This document shows positions 7,560-10,819 of a DNA stretch of 10,819 nucleotides, piece after piece. The position numbers were made by a program, and so were the translations under genes. Position 1 is the stretch's first letter. Every line of letters begins with the position of its first letter. Below the pieces are notes generated by a model. The model saw only the letters and a program-made list of their open reading frames with translations, did not search any database and had not been told where the DNA came from. The stretch comes from Bdellovibrionota bacterium (lineage in GTDB: Bacteria; Bdellovibrionota_C; UBA2361; OMIW01), in assembly GCA_044345055.1 (NCBI GenBank), contig JBIJBT010000084.1, positions 1-10,819 of the forward strand, in the 5' to 3' direction.

Positions 7560-7820
7560 ATGGTGAAGTTAGTTGGGGTTCCAGGAGAAGCGACCAAATT
7601 TCTTTTAACCGATTTAAAGATGCCCAAAATTAGCGGTCTCTCAACAGCAGAGAAATCCCCGCTTATCGTTGGGATGTCGGTCAGCGAGCTTCTAAGAGAG
7701 ATGAATCAGCTGTCTGGAGAGAATAAACGAGCTGCAAATAATATAGTCGCATTTAGAAAAAACCAGCTAGACGCAGCATTAGCAAAGCTGCCACCTCACC
7801 TTAAACCACCAGAAGCCTAA
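7560..7820 (+). CDS. Hypothetical protein, about 86 aa
   Basis: ATG 7560 follows CAGAGGG (7543-7549); the track start is GTG 7527. Plausible composition with a helical C-terminal half. No family recognised. Confidence 0.6.
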   Translation: MVKLVGVPGEATKFLLTDLKMPKISGLSTAEKSPLIVGMSVSELLREMNQLSGENKRAANNIVAFRKNQLDAALAKLPPHLKPPEA

Positions 7821-8036
7821 CAAGAACCACCCCACCCCCAAGCGCAACACCTAGCACCGACTCCCCTCACCGTGCTACCATAAAGGTACACTCTAAACTT
7901 ATCTTTCACTCAATCCTCGCGATCCCCACCCCCTGGGGCACTTATCCAAATACGGTATTTCAGCTCTTGCTGAACTACCCTCCTGAACCGATAAAACGGG
8001 GCTAATCTGTCCTCGAAAAAATATTTTTGTTGCGTT

Positions 8037-9278
8037 ATGAGACCACTACCCAACGCTGCACCTCACCACTCACCTCGACTTACTAGCACAGACTATATCG
8101 CCCTTAATGACGAGTTCGCCGCTGCTAACTACGCGCCGCTCGATGTAGTTATCACCCGCGGTGAGGGGGCGTGGCTGTGGGATGTTGAGGGGCGAAAATA
8201 TCTTGATCTACTCGCTGCCTACAGCGCGGTAAATTTTGGTCATAGCCACCCTCGGATAATAGAGCGGGGGATAGAGCAGCTGCGACGATTGACGATGACG
8301 AGCCGCTCGTTTCATCACGACCAGCTTGCGCCACTCAGCGAGGAGCTTGCAGCATTTTGTGGACTCGACAAAGTATTGCTGATGAACTCAGGTGCCGAAG
8401 CGGTCGAGACCGCGATAAAAGCGGCCCGACGATGGGGATACGAGGTTAAGAATATCCCTCAGAATGCCGCCGAGATTATTGTGTTTGCCAACAATTTTCA
8501 CGGCAGAACGACAACTATCATCAGCATGAGCGATGCCGAATCGAGCCGGCTTAATTTTGGTCCGTACACTCCAGGTTTTGTATTAGTTCCTTACGGCGAT
8601 ATCGCAGCTCTTGAAGCGGCGATAACTCCCAACACCGCAGCTATTCTCTTTGAACCGATTCAGGGTGAAGGAGGAATTATTATTCCACCTGAGGGATTCT
8701 TGCAGGGGATACGAAAGCTGTGCGACCGCCACAATGTCCTCATGCTTGCTGATGAAATACAGACCGGGCTATGCCGAACAGGACGACGCTTTGCCTGCAA
8801 TCACGAAGGGGTGATTCCCGATGCCTACATTATCGGCAAATCGCTTGGTGGTGGAGTTGTGCCGATATCTGCGCTCGTCGGTAAAGCCGCTGTTATGGAT
8901 CGTTTTGTACCAGGCTCCCACGGAAGCACTTTCGGAGGAAACGCCTTTGCCTGCGCGATCGCTCGTGAAGTTATCTCGATAATGCACGACGAGCGTCCCG
9001 ACCTTCGCTCTGCTGAGCTTGGAGAATTTTTCGCAGAGGGCCTCCGTTCGATGAACTCCCCCCACATAACCGAAATTCGCGCCCGCGGTCTCTTCATCGG
9101 GGTCGACATTCGCCCATCTTCGGGTAAAGCAAAAGAGTTTTGCCATCGCCTCAAAGATCGCGGAATCCTGTGCAAAGACACCCGCGTCTGCACAATTCGC
9201 TTTGCACCACCAATAGTGATTGAAAAAAACGATCTCGAGTGGGCGCTTGAGCAGATCAGCGATATTTTTACGCGGTGA
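8037..9278 (+). CDS. rocD: Ornithine--oxo-acid transaminase (class III PLP aminotransferase)
   Basis: NYAPLDVVITRGEGAWLWDVEGRKYLDLLAAYSAVNFGH, MNSGAEAVETAIKAARRWGYEVK, NFHGRT, FEPIQGEGG, ADEIQTGLCRTG, PLP lysine in GKSLGGG, PGSHGSTFGGN and IRFAPP. The AYSAVN and WGYEVK motifs favour RocD over ArgD. Confidence 0.95.
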   Translation: MRPLPNAAPHHSPRLTSTDYIALNDEFAAANYAPLDVVITRGEGAWLWDVEGRKYLDLLAAYSAVNFGHSHPRIIERGIEQLRRLTMTSRSFHHDQLAPLSEELAAFCGLDKVLLMNSGAEAVETAIKAARRWGYEVKNIPQNAAEIIVFANNFHGRTTTIISMSDAESSRLNFGPYTPGFVLVPYGDIAALEAAITPNTAAILFEPIQGEGGIIIPPEGFLQGIRKLCDRHNVLMLADEIQTGLCRTGRRFACNHEGVIPDAYIIGKSLGGGVVPISALVGKAAVMDRFVPGSHGSTFGGNAFACAIAREVISIMHDERPDLRSAELGEFFAEGLRSMNSPHITEIRARGLFIGVDIRPSSGKAKEFCHRLKDRGILCKDTRVCTIRFAPPIVIEKNDLEWALEQISDIFTR

Positions 9279-9290
9279 GCAGCTTCGCCC

Positions 9291-9573
9291 CTACAACCCC
9301 TCGCGCTCAATAAAGAGGCTTTTATCAGTTTTGTAGAAAAACTCCTGATAAAAGCGGGGGTCTTCGATCTGATCGACCGAGGAGGGTGCTCCGAAATTAT
9401 CTATCACGCGGCGCTGGAAGACTGCACGCACCTTCGTCTCTTCGCCAAATTCGGTCACGTTGATAGAAGCCTCAAAGGTTACGGCGCGATCGAAGCGAGG
9501 TTCAGCACCGCCCCACATCTGCACCGGAAAGCCACCACCAAAACCACCGATCTCCTTTTCCTTTGCTGCCGTT
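9291..9573. repeat. Long direct repeat, copy A (probably extends to about 9641)
   Basis: Offset 1246 bp from copy B. Mismatches at 9297, 9318, 9357, 9375, 9381, 9384, 9423 and 9527. Confidence 0.97.
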
Positions 9574-9641
9574 ACAAACCCGAGCTCTTTGTCGGCGTTG
9601 CGAATAATAAAACCATCATCTTGCAACGCATTAATAACGGC
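9291..9641 (-). pseudogene. 5'-truncated duplicate (3' end only) of the gene ending at 10537
   Basis: 9291-9573 is 275/283 identical to 10537-10819. The frame continues upstream as AVINALQDDGF and meets an in-frame TAG at 9642-9644. The track start (TTG 9626) looks like an internal Leu codon. Confidence 0.75.
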
Positions 9642-9795
9642 CTATCCCTTCCTCTAAATCTCAGACTTATAGAGGTTCCCCCGCATAAGCACAGCCGCTG
9701 GAAGAGGCTCTGAGGGGCGTTTTACCGAAAACGCGGGATTATCGGGCCAATTCACCACTTCTCAGAGACGAGCGGCGAATGACTGGGACTTCTGG

Positions 9796-10104
9796 TTAGG
9801 GACGAAGCTTACTGTGCGCTGAAAGTATCTGTTTTTGGAGTGCCTCAGGAAGCTCACTCCACAAGACGATCTCGACCCGAAACGGGAGGTCACTCTCTTC
9901 GAATGCACCCTCTATTCGACTGCGAGCCTCCTCTGACACAGATGGAGGATCGATTATTGCGAGGTCGAGATCGGAGTGAGGCTTGTAATGGATCCCAGCA
10001 CGCGACCCAAACACCCAGACCTCGTTGAATGGAAGCTCCTGTTTACATATATCAAAAACGATCTGAGCCTGCTTGGCGTTCACCCCGGGCGGTTTAGCTC
10101 CCAT
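9796..10104 (-). CDS. Minimal nucleotidyltransferase (MNT, HI0073/MntA-like antitoxin)
   Basis: VWVFGSRAGIHYKPHSDLDLAI is an exact GSX10DXD. FEESDLPFRVEIV is also typical. 102 aa, overlapping the HEPN gene by 11 nt. Confidence 0.92.
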   Translation of the reverse strand: MGAKPPGVNAKQAQIVFDICKQELPFNEVWVFGSRAGIHYKPHSDLDLAIIDPPSVSEEARSRIEGAFEESDLPFRVEIVLWSELPEALQKQILSAHSKLRP

Positions 10105-10495
10105 TCCTCTCCTTTAGGGCTCGGTATAGAGAACGCGCAACAGGTAGTAGCTTTACCGCAGAGCCAAAGACAACCCTCGCTTTTCCCTCATCGTAAGTGT
10201 GAGCAACAATATTGCGATGCGTCCTGAATAAAAACCACGCCTCAGGATCGTCGATATACCCGCGCTCGAACCCCTCCCTCATCAGCTCCTTGAAAGACAT
10301 CGCATCAACCTGCGCAGGAGTTGGCACCTCCTCCTCAAGCTGTCTCTTGAGCATTTTCCAGCTCAATTCAAAACAATACTCAAACCTCTGAATAGCGGCG
10401 TCCCTTAGCTCCTCATCCTCGAGCGAGTCTTGAGCACGCACAATTGCACGCTCAAGACTTTTAAGTGCCTTATCAAATGATGTCAGATCGAGCAT
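10094..10495 (-). CDS. HEPN-domain protein, HI0074 family (nucleotidyltransferase substrate-binding protein, HepT-like RNase toxin)
   Basis: RDAAIQRFEYCFELSWKMLK and RNIVAHTYD (RX4HXY). 133 aa, adjacent to the MNT gene. Confidence 0.93.
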   Translation of the reverse strand: MLDLTSFDKALKSLERAIVRAQDSLEDEELRDAAIQRFEYCFELSWKMLKRQLEEEVPTPAQVDAMSFKELMREGFERGYIDDPEAWFLFRTHRNIVAHTYDEGKARVVFGSAVKLLPVARSLYRALKERNGS

Positions 10496-10536
10496 AAGCG
10501 AAACCTTTAATCCTCCGCACTCTCCCGTGCCCCCTC

Positions 10537-10819
10537 CTACAAACCCTCGCGCTCAATAAAGAGACTTTTATCAGTTTTGTAGAAAAACTCCTGATAAAAG
10601 CGAGGGTCTTCGATCTGATCTACCGAAGATGGTGCTCCGAAATTATCTATCACGCGGCGCTGGAAGACCGCACGCACCTTCGTCTCTTCGCCAAATTCGG
10701 TCACGTTGATAGAAGCCTCAAAGGTTACGGCGCGATCGAAGCGAGGTTCAGCACCGCCCCACATCTGCACCGAAAAGCCACCACCAAAACCACCGATCTC
10801 CTTTTCCTTTGCTGCCGTT
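10537..10819 (-). CDS. Hypothetical protein, 3' part only (5' end beyond the window)
   Basis: The frame is open from the window edge to TAG at 10537-10539 (...TAAKEKEIGGFGGGFSVQMWGG...KSLFIEREGL). The synonymous-biased differences from copy A show this frame is coding. Confidence 0.8.
   Translation of the reverse strand, partial: TAAKEKEIGGFGGGFSVQMWGGAEPRFDRAVTFEASINVTEFGEETKVRAVFQRRVIDNFGAPSSVDQIEDPRFYQEFFYKTDKSLFIEREGL
10537..10819. repeat. Long direct repeat, copy B (truncated by the window edge)
   Basis: 275/283 identical to 9291-9573. Similarity ends essentially at the stop codon. Confidence 0.97.

Larger units (their letters stand above)
9642..10536 (-). mobile_element. Putative inserted TA mini-island between direct repeats (no recombinase visible)
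   Basis: Unique sequence containing only the HEPN/MNT pair and a 154-nt spacer, flanked by two copies of a gene 3' end. Mobility is inferred. Confidence 0.5.

Noticed and set aside
7282..7821. Integron attC sites: ORFs 2 and 3 both end in GCCTAAC (7282-7288, 7815-7821), matching RYYYAAC, and the MNT gene ends in CCCTAAC
   Set aside because: No complementary GTTRRRY at a suitable distance, no L-box pairing found and no intI in the window. An IntegronFinder run would settle it.
7421..7950. Replication origin suggested by DnaA-box-like 9-mers (TTTTCCACA 7421, TTATCCAAA 7942)
   Set aside because: Only two dispersed matches with an ORF between them, and no box cluster, unwinding element or origin-linked genes.
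8017..8028. Palindrome AAAAATATTTTT just upstream of rocD as an ArgR/RocR operator
   Set aside because: Low-complexity AT sequence that does not match an ARG box, and I saw no sigma54 -24/-12 motif.
9291..9626. Intact 111-aa gene starting at TTG 9626
   Set aside because: The coding-like frame continues upstream (AVINA) to an in-frame stop, and the purine-rich stretch is about 20 nt from the TTG. A truncated duplicate is the better reading.
6334..10227. Remaining overlapping track ORFs within or opposite the 6466 ORF, rocD, the duplicate and the TA genes
   Set aside because: They lack motifs and expression signals and overlap better-supported genes.

Overview
Bacterial chromosomal window with four parts. 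(1) A minus-strand run: AAA_14/DUF4143-type ATPase, a translationally coupled M16B peptidase pair (catalytic HXXEH subunit plus non-catalytic R/Y lipoprotein subunit), an OmpA-family glycine-zipper lipoprotein and a small hypothetical protein. (2) A ~2 kb accessory segment (about 5894-7869) with three co-oriented orphan ORFs, one of them a 57-aa two-TM protein missing from the ORF track. They are separated by a repeated intergenic module (bulged terminator 37/38 nt identical, plus a ~60 nt A-tract block), and further promoter/RBS motifs recur pairwise upstream of them. A perfect 16-bp palindrome lies on its left and weak G-rich inverted ends bound it. (3) rocD (ornithine aminotransferase). (4) A HEPN/MNT (HI0074/HI0073-type) toxin-antitoxin pair between two direct copies of the 3' end of one gene (period 1246 bp, 8 differences in 283 nt, 7 synonymous). 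This looks like an insertion that replaced the 3' end of its target with a foreign allele. No integrase, transposase, RNA gene or CRISPR array is visible. All calls come from manual reading; no database searches were run.
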